From the sequence record OZ035771.1: DNA of 64,000 nt. One strand, given 5' to 3'. Source of the DNA: Phapecoctavirus DIJ07P2. A program made the translations under genes and the position numbers. Of this stretch, positions 28,482-36,573 are shown in pieces. Every line of letters starts with the position of its first letter. The first letter of the stretch is position 1. The notes below the pieces were generated by a model that was given only the letters and a program-made list of their open reading frames with translations, ran no database searches and was not told where the DNA came from.

Positions 28482-28955
28482 TTAAAGTTTATAAATAGTC
28501 ACATCGTGACCTGTTTTTACTAAAGTTTCTTCAATCATCACTTGGATGATAGCCCAATTACCTCCGGCATGTCCCGCTCCAATCATAGGTAAACCGATCT
28601 TACATTTTTGGTCACGGAGAAGCAAATCATTAGCCATAGCTATTAGTGCATCGTAAAGTGCATCATAGTCCAACTGACGACCTTTACTATTGTATCCATA
28701 ACGATACTGTCCATAAAGGTTGTATACCATAGGGTTAGGATAATCTTCTGGTTCCCCTAAACTAAAAGAACCAAGCTTTTTCTGGTTTCCTGCTCCTGTA
28801 GCTAAATCTGCTTCGTATGCATATGGAAACGCATATTTTATTTGTGGGGCAATACCTGCCCCCATATTACACATACAGTTGCAACAATGAGCAATAACAG
28901 TTACTTCACCTGCTTTAGCGGCATCAATAAGATTACCTGTTTTCATTTTAAGCAT
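28482..28955 (-). CDS. macro domain-like protein
   Basis: start moved to ATG 28955 (SD taaggag) to avoid 92-nt overlap; IAHCCNCMCNMGAGIA and IGLPMIGAGHAGG resemble macro-domain glycine-rich blocks. Confidence 0.4.
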   Translation of the reverse strand: MLKMKTGNLIDAAKAGEVTVIAHCCNCMCNMGAGIAPQIKYAFPYAYEADLATGAGNQKKLGSFSLGEPEDYPNPMVYNLYGQYRYGYNSKGRQLDYDALYDALIAMANDLLLRDQKCKIGLPMIGAGHAGGNWAIIQVMIEETLVKTGHDVTIYKL

Positions 28956-28968
28956 TTTTAGCTCCTTA

Positions 28969-29796
28969 TTACAGAATGTGTTGTTTTGTGTAACGATCCA
29001 AGAATTCAAAGTTTTCAGCATACTTTGAAATTCGGTTGTAACCTTCTCCCAAGCATCCAAAGAAAAGTTGCTCTACATAGTAGTGTGGCAATTGACTAAG
29101 AATGATTTTGAAGTCTTCATGATTTTGGCCCATAAGATATTTAATAGGACGAACAAGACACTGTGCATCACGTTCTTCATTAATCATTTTAACAAACGCT
29201 TCTGGTGTATTAATGTAGTTAAAATTCAGTTTAGCTTCGGTATCTGCTTGATTACCTTCATATTTTGCAAAATACAGGAAGTAAACATCATTTTTAACTT
29301 GATTTTCATCAAGGATCTCAATCAGTTTGTCTTCATGCGTTCCAGTGATATTTACATCATCAATGAATACAAGCTTCTTATCACCCCAGAATTCTTTGTT
29401 ACAGTAGAATGTATCCCCATCAATAAGTTTCTTACGACTAGCTTTATCCAAGAAGCCATAATCGTTAATATAGCTAACTTTACGATGAATAATATCCAGT
29501 TCTGCTGAACGACCTTGATTATATTGTGATTGCAACATGTTAAAGTAATTAATAAAATGATCTGTCATCATTGTTGCAGCATTATGCACATGGTTGTAAG
29601 GAGAAGGAATGATAACAAATTGTTCCCCAATATGTTTCATTGCCACTTGAGCAAAAAACTGAAGTGCCAATTCTTTACCCATACGACGCGCGGCTTGGTT
29701 ACTACCAAATTTCAATTTTGAATAATCTTGGATATCAAAAGTAGCAGTTTCCAGGTCATCAAATTTATTTGCAAAAATTTGAGTTTGATTACGCAT
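28969..29796 (-). CDS. phosphoribosyltransferase (PRTase)-like protein
   Basis: PRPP-binding-type motif KLVFIDDVNITGTHED. Confidence 0.4.
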   Translation of the reverse strand: MRNQTQIFANKFDDLETATFDIQDYSKLKFGSNQAARRMGKELALQFFAQVAMKHIGEQFVIIPSPYNHVHNAATMMTDHFINYFNMLQSQYNQGRSAELDIIHRKVSYINDYGFLDKASRKKLIDGDTFYCNKEFWGDKKLVFIDDVNITGTHEDKLIEILDENQVKNDVYFLYFAKYEGNQADTEAKLNFNYINTPEAFVKMINEERDAQCLVRPIKYLMGQNHEDFKIILSQLPHYYVEQLFFGCLGEGYNRISKYAENFEFLDRYTKQHIL

Positions 29797-30445
29797 TTAC
29801 AATTTCTCCTCTTTTAAGTTTCTCTAGTAAGTCGTTAGGGTTCTTAATATGACAGAAGTTAAATCCTAAGTCAACACATTTTCCATCATATTCTTCACTA
29901 TCGCCTACGTGCAATACTTCGTGCCCTAACAGAGGGATCGGAGAATATGTGAGCGTGCGAGCAAAGAATCGCGGATCTGGTTTACAAAGTAAAGCTTCAT
30001 CCGAGAAATGGGTGAACTCAAAACAATTCCAACTATCAAACTTACAAGCACGACGCAGGATATCCCCTGATATAAAGTTGGTATTGCTCTTAATACTCAA
30101 ATCATAACGTCCCGAAAGATACAGCAAGTACATCGGCAGATCCACGGCTACGTGTGGTGGAAACTTAAGGAACCACTGTTCACACTCGAAACGAAGCTTT
30201 GCAGACTTCCAAGGTGTTATCCCAAGTTCAGAACCAAGTCTTTCCCAGGCGTATGCTGCACACTCGGCTTTGCCTTGAAGTGCTGCATTATCCAGTTCCT
30301 TTTTGATCTTCTTATAAGCTGCTCTTGCTTCCACTTCCGTAATATCTCCATATTTTGCGATAGTCCAGGCTCGCATGTCTGCGTAATTGGAGTTTGCTGT
30401 GATCAGTGTGTTCCATACATCAAAAGAGATATGTTTAATAGTCAT
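29789..30445 (-). CDS. HAD-superfamily hydrolase (dehalogenase-like subfamily)
   Basis: motif I ISFDVWNTLI, motif III LCKPDP, motif IV HVGDSEEYD. Confidence 0.55.
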   Translation of the reverse strand: MTIKHISFDVWNTLITANSNYADMRAWTIAKYGDITEVEARAAYKKIKKELDNAALQGKAECAAYAWERLGSELGITPWKSAKLRFECEQWFLKFPPHVAVDLPMYLLYLSGRYDLSIKSNTNFISGDILRRACKFDSWNCFEFTHFSDEALLCKPDPRFFARTLTYSPIPLLGHEVLHVGDSEEYDGKCVDLGFNFCHIKNPNDLLEKLKRGEIVNA

Positions 30446-30446
30446 A

Positions 30447-31052
30447 TTAAGCCCACCATGCGTCTAAGTTAAGATTACTGTCCACTACCACTTGTTCTAT
30501 GTGGTAGCCTTTTATCTGTATCCCACTGTTCAAGAGCATATCATACGCTTCATTGAAACGCAACTTATCTTCTGCGGAATATAAGCGAGCATTATAAAAT
30601 CGGTAATCAATTTCTTCAGCATTAGAAGAAATACGGAAGAAGTTTGTTTCTACTTCGGGATCACTTGCTGAAGTCTTAATGTGAACTTCTCCATAATTTT
30701 CTTTACTTAGATCCATGAAAAGAACACAGGCAACATGTTTAAACATTCGTTCCAGTTTGTAACGAACAACATTGAAACCTGCATTCTCAAGTTTTTCTAC
30801 ACACTGCAACATTAAAGTAGTGTCGAGATCGCTTTGATACTTTGTTAACATACGATCACGTTGAGACTTTGTATCCCGATGTAAATCAATTGTTGTGCAT
30901 TTGGCACCAATAATCTTAGCTGCTTTCATCAACTCTTCAGAACTAACGTTAGATAAAGTAAGATGAAAATGGGCTTTCCACACTTTTTTAGCAGGGACAC
31001 CAAAAGATTTATCCCCATTATTCGGCATGTTGACTACTACACTATGTTGCAT
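30447..31052 (-). CDS. hypothetical protein (201 aa)
   Basis: track ORF; ATG 31052 with SD gaggag; possible HxT-type motif AHFHLTL, too weak to assign. Confidence 0.45.
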   Translation of the reverse strand: MQHSVVVNMPNNGDKSFGVPAKKVWKAHFHLTLSNVSSEELMKAAKIIGAKCTTIDLHRDTKSQRDRMLTKYQSDLDTTLMLQCVEKLENAGFNVVRYKLERMFKHVACVLFMDLSKENYGEVHIKTSASDPEVETNFFRISSNAEEIDYRFYNARLYSAEDKLRFNEAYDMLLNSGIQIKGYHIEQVVVDSNLNLDAWWA

Positions 31053-31067
31053 TACTTATCTCCTCAC

Positions 31068-31259
31068 TTAAAATGGAAGTCTTTGAAGTTCATCTCCTCC
31101 GATATCAAGTAATTTAGCAACATCTCGATCAGAAAGCAACTCTTTTCTTTGTAAAATATCCACAAGGGTTGCAAGAATCTCCTTAACGTCCCGATCACTG
31201 TTCTTCAACAGTTCTCCTGCCGTCCCTACTCTATCTCCTACAGCAAAATATGTAACCAT
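31068..31259 (-). CDS. hypothetical protein (63 aa)
   Basis: internal ATG 31259 with SD taggaggt preferred over track start that overlaps nrdG. Confidence 0.4.
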   Translation of the reverse strand: MVTYFAVGDRVGTAGELLKNSDRDVKEILATLVDILQRKELLSDRDVAKLLDIGGDELQRLPF

Positions 31260-31272
31260 GAAACCTCCTAAG

Positions 31273-31743
31273 TTAATCTGATTGCCAACCACTTGCCGTT
31301 TTGGTCCATAATCTTTGATTATCTGACCCTCTGAAAGGTTTTGTAGTTGGATTGTTTATTTCATACTTTCCGTCTACAATAATGTCAACAAGATTTTTAA
31401 TATATAAAGGCACTTCCTCAAAAGTATATCCTGTATACACCATTATATCTTTGCTTGACCCATAAACGTCTCTAACCTTTTCTATAAGGCTTTTAACATT
31501 GTAAATATTCTGCGGATCTAATGGTTCTCCTCCTAAAATTGTTAAACCTTTTACAAACGGTCTTGACAAATCTTTTAAAACTTGCTCTACATTTTCGTGA
31601 GTAAACGGTTTCCCGTAAGAATAAGACCAGGCTTTTTGGTTAAAACAGCCACGACAACCGTGGCTACAACCACTAACCCAGAGGGAGCACCTAACTCCCT
31701 CGCCATTAATAAGATCTACAGGTTCATATCCTGCAAAATTCAA
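31273..31743 (-). CDS. nrdG: anaerobic ribonucleotide reductase activating protein (radical SAM)
   Basis: CxxxCxxC cluster CSHGCRGC near N-terminus; about 156 aa; immediately downstream of nrdD; TTG start in TTGA overlap with nrdD stop. Confidence 0.8.
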   Translation of the reverse strand: MNFAGYEPVDLINGEGVRCSLWVSGCSHGCRGCFNQKAWSYSYGKPFTHENVEQVLKDLSRPFVKGLTILGGEPLDPQNIYNVKSLIEKVRDVYGSSKDIMVYTGYTFEEVPLYIKNLVDIIVDGKYEINNPTTKPFRGSDNQRLWTKTASGWQSD

Positions 31744-32711
31744 AGATGTTTCTCCCTTTGCAAAACTTCCTGCATTTTACCTTTGTTGTAAGGGCGTGAA
31801 TTAGGGGCAGAAAGATACCCTGACACACGTCTAACTACAGAAATAGTTTCTTCTTCATGGTTGCCACAATCAGGACACTCAAACCCTTTAGCCGTTGCCT
31901 TAAATTCTCCATGAAAACCACACTTAAAGCATTGATCCACGGGCTGATTAATACCAAAATAGTGAATATGTTCATAAGCGTAGTCTACTAAAGTCTCCAA
32001 AGCTTCTAAGTTATTCTTTAAGTTTGGTGTTTCGACATAACTTATGTTACCACCATTGCTAATCTGTGCAAAACCTGCTTCATAATCCCATTTTTCAAAA
32101 GGATTTGTTACCAACCATACAGGTTGGTGAAAAGAGTTGGTAAGATAATCTCTTTCTACCAAACCTGGGTATTTTTCATTTAAAGCTGTTGCAAACTTAT
32201 AGCACAAGGATTCTGCTGGAGTTCCATAAAGACTAAACGCCAAATTAGATCGTTCTTTAAACACAGCACACACATCTTTCATATGTTGCAGAATGCTTTT
32301 ACCAAGTTCCTTTTTATCTTTTTCTTCTGGATAAAGGATTTCCAAAGCTTCGGCAAGACCTACATAACCAATACTAATAGAAGCATAACCACCTTCAAAC
32401 AAAACACCAATTTCATCATTGGCATTTAAACGCGCTAAAGCCCCTTCCATGAAAAGAATAGGGTTTTCAGATGCTTTGGTATGCCTAATACGGTTTACAC
32501 GTAACATGTGAGCATCGTAGGCTATCTCCATATGTTTATTAAGGAGGTCGGTGAAAGATTCTCCTTTACTTCTCGCTTCCGCAGCAATCAGAGGTAAATT
32601 GATAGAAACTACTCCAAGGTTGAATCGTCCATCATATTTTTCTCCTTGCTCTGTTGCATAGTATGACAAGAAACTTCTACACATTATGTTCAAAGTGGCT
32701 CGCAAGGCCAC
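31740..32711 (-). CDS. nrdD: anaerobic ribonucleotide reductase, C-terminal part (glycyl-radical domain)
   Basis: C-terminal Cys4 (CFKCG...CPDCG) and glycyl-radical motif RVSGYL; separated from N-terminal part by HNH endonuclease insertion. Confidence 0.75.
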   Translation of the reverse strand: MALRATLNIMCRSFLSYYATEQGEKYDGRFNLGVVSINLPLIAAEARSKGESFTDLLNKHMEIAYDAHMLRVNRIRHTKASENPILFMEGALARLNANDEIGVLFEGGYASISIGYVGLAEALEILYPEEKDKKELGKSILQHMKDVCAVFKERSNLAFSLYGTPAESLCYKFATALNEKYPGLVERDYLTNSFHQPVWLVTNPFEKWDYEAGFAQISNGGNISYVETPNLKNNLEALETLVDYAYEHIHYFGINQPVDQCFKCGFHGEFKATAKGFECPDCGNHEEETISVVRRVSGYLSAPNSRPYNKGKMQEVLQREKHL

Positions 32712-33442
32712 TCCCGCACCATTACGTGCTGCTGCATGTCACCATGCAGATCAGACTATATCTTCATGCTTAAAGCATGTCTACCATTTGGGGTGTCATA
32801 GGCTTACACCCTACGCTGCTACATTCATCACAGCTAGTCGTTAGGCATTTCGTAACAGAACTCATAATCATAATTATTTGGTGCTCCTTGCTTTAAGATT
32901 GCAGATATTCTTTTTCTGTCCAACCCTAAAGCGTCAGCACAACATCTCAGACTTTTAAAGTAAAAAACTTCACCAGTAGCCTTATGAGTAGCTTTTACAC
33001 TGTGACACCTTGTGTAGAAAGCATAACAGTTATTATCGTAACCCTCTTGCGTGTTGTCTGGACAAGATCCCCACTCAAGATTGTATACACTGTTGTCTTT
33101 CCTATTGTCACCTTTATGCTTCACATAAGGTAAATTGTCTGGATTGGGTAAAAACGCTTCAGCTACAAGTCTGTGCACCCGAAAGCAAACAGTTTTCTTG
33201 TTTTTACGTATTCTGACAAGTTGGTATCCTGTGTTTATTTCTTCCCACGAGCGAAGGATTCTTTCATCCTTATACCTGGTACAATAAACATTTCCAAGCT
33301 CGTCAATTTCATACCCTTCAAAATCACGAATTTGTTTTCTCATATCAGTACCCCCTTCTTCTGTGTTGGGAGTTCTGTTACGTTTAGCACGGGATTGTCT
33401 CTGTTGAGAGTTCCCCCGTTTAGGCAGATTTTACATGAGCAG
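32712..33442 (-). mobile_element. intervening sequence in nrdD carrying an HNH homing endonuclease gene (group I intron or free-standing insertion)
   Basis: about 730 nt between the two NrdD reading frames; roughly 100-120 nt of non-coding flank on each side of the HNH ORF. Confidence 0.5.
32834..33343 (-). CDS. HNH homing endonuclease
   Basis: FRVHRLVAEAFLPNP...KHKGDNRKDNSVYNLEW pattern typical of phage HNH endonucleases. Confidence 0.65.
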   Translation of the reverse strand: MRKQIRDFEGYEIDELGNVYCTRYKDERILRSWEEINTGYQLVRIRKNKKTVCFRVHRLVAEAFLPNPDNLPYVKHKGDNRKDNSVYNLEWGSCPDNTQEGYDNNCYAFYTRCHSVKATHKATGEVFYFKSLRCCADALGLDRKRISAILKQGAPNNYDYEFCYEMPND

Positions 33443-34324
33443 TTATAGTTTACCCATACTCGTAACGGTACCATCTGCTGATCCCGTAACTTCTTTGTTC
33501 AAAGGGACAGAAATAAAATCTGGATAAATACGATCAGCACAACATGCCAAAGCTTGTTGCTTAAGGTCGTAGTTAGGATCACTAGGTTTCATGTTAACAC
33601 CTTCTTGTAAAAAGAAAATAACTTTAGGGAATACAGGCGTTACATGATCTTTGCCTAGACCGTTACTATGCACTTTAAGATAGTTAGCTGTGATCATTCT
33701 GCCAAAAACAGAGGTATCCAGACCCATACTGATTGTAATAAAAGGAGATTGTCCATTAACACTCATTAAAGTGTTAACCTGATACAAAAGAGTTTGCATA
33801 GCGTCATATACATCTTGTTCGGTCATTTCTAGGGCTTCTTTCCTTGCATAACAACCGTAGCGACGTTTGGTTATCTCCATGTTTTTAAGGAAACTGGCTT
33901 CAACATAAGGACTAAGACCTTTATCAATGTGCGCACACGTCTGACCTCCATACTGACTGGAGGCAACAGCTTGAATGATTTGAGTTAGCACTGTAGTAGC
34001 TACTCCAATAGATTTTGGTTTTTCTATCTGTGCAGCACCGATCTTAAAACCATTCTCTAACATATCTTGATAATTAACAAGACAACAGTTTGTAAGAGGA
34101 GAGAGTAGGTAATCCAAGTCGTGAATATGTCCAAAACCTTCTGTATGCCATTCTGACAAGTTTTTTGGCAGTATCTGTGTCATTGCCATATGTTTGCTTA
34201 AAATCCCCGCCAAGAGATCTCTATGCGTGTTAACGAGGTGGGAAGGTTTGTTTGCATTCTCTCTAGTGTATGTTTCTGAAGTGCGATCTAAAAAAGAAAA
34301 AACATCTTGGTACAAATCTTTCAT
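33443..34324 (-). CDS. nrdD: anaerobic ribonucleotide reductase, N-terminal part
   Basis: 293 aa frame immediately upstream of insertion; combined length with C-terminal part about 616 aa, as expected for NrdD; assignment rests on context and length. Confidence 0.55.
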   Translation of the reverse strand: MKDLYQDVFSFLDRTSETYTRENANKPSHLVNTHRDLLAGILSKHMAMTQILPKNLSEWHTEGFGHIHDLDYLLSPLTNCCLVNYQDMLENGFKIGAAQIEKPKSIGVATTVLTQIIQAVASSQYGGQTCAHIDKGLSPYVEASFLKNMEITKRRYGCYARKEALEMTEQDVYDAMQTLLYQVNTLMSVNGQSPFITISMGLDTSVFGRMITANYLKVHSNGLGKDHVTPVFPKVIFFLQEGVNMKPSDPNYDLKQQALACCADRIYPDFISVPLNKEVTGSADGTVTSMGKL

Positions 34325-34390
34325 TATTAATCCTTATTTTGTGAGTAGAACTATTATTCTACCTCTTCCAACCGAAAAAAGCTTTGAGGG

Positions 34391-34417
34391 AAATCAAAAA
34401 AGGCGCAAAGTGCGCCT
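34391..34417 (-). terminator. rho-independent terminator (possibly bidirectional)
   Basis: aggcgcaaagtgcgcct hairpin flanked by A-run upstream and T-rich tract downstream on plus strand. Confidence 0.5.
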
Positions 34418-34427
34418 TTAAGTTTTA

Positions 34428-35774
34428 TCATTTGGAGAGGAATTGTCTTCCCATGATCTTACCGTTCTTCACAGCAGTCCCATCGTGTCCATTGTAATCC
34501 CAGGTTCCATCGATATTACGCAAGAAGCTATCACGAACAGTATAGGCTTTACCGTTCTCTACTTTACTTTCTTCCACAATGATTGCCATAACAAGCTTAT
34601 TTTCAATTTCGGTAGTAACCGATTCTTTGATACCCTCTGTAACTTCACGATCATATTGGATATAAACTCGCTCCTCGGTTACTTGCACGTCTACCACATT
34701 TTTAAATGTGTAGGTCTGTTGCGTAGTGTAGAGGACACGAACGACACTCTTCTTACCTACTGGCGGCTTCTGACGACGCTTGCGGTAACGTGGAGACGGG
34801 TTAAGTTTAATATAACCTACAATATCTGATCCATCTCCAGAGTGGCTCCAATACAACGTCTCTGCCAACAAACCTTTTCCTTGGTCCCCATTTCGAAAAA
34901 GAACATTAACAGGACCATCACAAGGGCGTCTACCTCCGATGTGGGCTTGGTATTTTGCTGTTCTTGGGAGAACAAAATATTCTTCAATCTGCCATTCACT
35001 ATCGTATTTCTCCCATTCAAAGTGGTTGGCTTTACATACTTCTAAAACACCATTTTTGTAACGGACTTGAACAAAGTCTTCACAAGGTTGAATACCTGTA
35101 TTAGGAATATAGGTAGGCTCTGTGTCTTCTGGTTCAAAAGTCTCTTTTTGTTGTTCCACATCTTCCACTTTTCTTACATGCTTAGTATAAAACATATCTT
35201 TAAACTCCTGTGCTTCAACCTCAACTGCAAATTCATGTTCTCTGACAGCCGGAGGCACAAGGCTTCCACACTCAAGATGTAGAGCATCCAGACCTGCCAT
35301 TTTATCGTAAAAGATAACTTTTCGATACTTCTTACCGTCTTCTGGAATAGCAGGGTCTACTCGTTTAAGACGGGAAGCATCGCTTTTAGTCCAAAAACTC
35401 TTCCCTGTTGTATTATTGAAAGTAGTAATCATTTCTTCAATTTCTTCTTCAGAAAGGTTACTAGTGTCTGTGTAAACATCTTCAATTTTTAGCGTTTTAG
35501 TTTTCTTAAAAATTAAATCTAGCATTGCATCTCCTGTAAAACGTAGTTCATTATCTCCTACTGTCGGCTCTCCAGTAAATTCATCGGTCCCAACTGTGTG
35601 ACAGATGTATGGAAAATTTGTGCAACCGTGTAAAAGAGCATATTGTCCTGTAAGTTTAGGATCTGTCTCTTTAGTCCAACCATATGCAATCTCAATAGCT
35701 TTGCAAAGCCTATCAAACAAGCCACGATTGTTTGCCGCTGTTACCAAATCCTGTTTATGTGCATATACATTCAT
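34428..35774 (-). CDS. hypothetical protein (448 aa)
   Basis: track ORF; no motif recognised. Confidence 0.5.
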   Translation of the reverse strand: MNVYAHKQDLVTAANNRGLFDRLCKAIEIAYGWTKETDPKLTGQYALLHGCTNFPYICHTVGTDEFTGEPTVGDNELRFTGDAMLDLIFKKTKTLKIEDVYTDTSNLSEEEIEEMITTFNNTTGKSFWTKSDASRLKRVDPAIPEDGKKYRKVIFYDKMAGLDALHLECGSLVPPAVREHEFAVEVEAQEFKDMFYTKHVRKVEDVEQQKETFEPEDTEPTYIPNTGIQPCEDFVQVRYKNGVLEVCKANHFEWEKYDSEWQIEEYFVLPRTAKYQAHIGGRRPCDGPVNVLFRNGDQGKGLLAETLYWSHSGDGSDIVGYIKLNPSPRYRKRRQKPPVGKKSVVRVLYTTQQTYTFKNVVDVQVTEERVYIQYDREVTEGIKESVTTEIENKLVMAIIVEESKVENGKAYTVRDSFLRNIDGTWDYNGHDGTAVKNGKIMGRQFLSK

Positions 35775-36325
35775 AATAATCCTCCTCGTTTTATTGCAAT
35801 AGATGCCCTAGGCTCTGCGATACCAGTGGCGTATAAATATGGATGACCTTGTGGAGAAGTTCTCATCCCAAACGAACCTAATTCTAACCCATACATATCT
35901 TCCACGTCAAGACCAATATCTGTCTCTATGATTTGAGTTTGAACTTTGTAATACGTCCAAAAGAAATAGCGCATAGTTTCGGCATACTCTTTGATGGACG
36001 CTCCTGGATAAAACTCAATAATTTCCAACTTCAAGAAAATGTTAAAATGAACATCATCTAATTCTTCCTCTGTTCGGTAGCAAGGTGTTAGAGCCATATA
36101 AGGATGATCTGTTGAAAATTCAAAACCATCTTTCTCCATCTGGAGGAAAGACTGCTCTGCACTGGCTACGTAGAACTTACCATTAGGATGCCCCAAGGGG
36201 CGATCCTCTTTACCTTCTGGTAATGTATATGCAAGGATATCTGCATCTACAAGATAAGGGACTTCCAACATCTCCGCAAACCGTCCATAGTAATCAATAG
36301 CTTGAGCAATAACAGCTACGTTCAT
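35771..36325 (-). CDS. hypothetical protein (184 aa), weak class-II aminoacyl-tRNA synthetase-like motifs
   Basis: ALTPCYRTEE and GLELGSFGMR stretches; not sufficient for assignment. Confidence 0.4.
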   Translation of the reverse strand: MNVAVIAQAIDYYGRFAEMLEVPYLVDADILAYTLPEGKEDRPLGHPNGKFYVASAEQSFLQMEKDGFEFSTDHPYMALTPCYRTEEELDDVHFNIFLKLEIIEFYPGASIKEYAETMRYFFWTYYKVQTQIIETDIGLDVEDMYGLELGSFGMRTSPQGHPYLYATGIAEPRASIAIKRGGLL

Positions 36326-36573
36326 GATCTTCCTCCTGTGCGGAAAGCGCGTTTAGTAATGTTGGACATAATGATTAAATCTTGTAAAGTCATATCTGGG
36401 AACTGTTGTTCTAAAACTCCCTCGACAGCCCCTATAATATCTGACAATTCAACAAGTTGCATTATTTTGCAATCCTGCTCAACAGCATCAAAAAGTTCTT
36501 CTACTTCCTCTTTAATCTTTTCTATGCTGCCATAAGGTTGTTTCTTAATGTCTGTTATGTGATACCCTGCCAT
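36322..36573 (-). CDS. MazG-like all-alpha NTP pyrophosphohydrolase
   Basis: 83 aa; EEVEE-x15-ELSD pattern (E-x2-E ... E-x2-D). Confidence 0.45.
   Translation of the reverse strand: MAGYHITDIKKQPYGSIEKIKEEVEELFDAVEQDCKIMQLVELSDIIGAVEGVLEQQFPDMTLQDLIIMSNITKRAFRTGGRS

Noticed and set aside
32712-33442. Intein instead of intron/insertion in nrdD
   Set aside because: The HNH ORF has its own start and stop and is flanked by non-coding sequence with stops in the NrdD frame, so it cannot be an in-frame protein insertion
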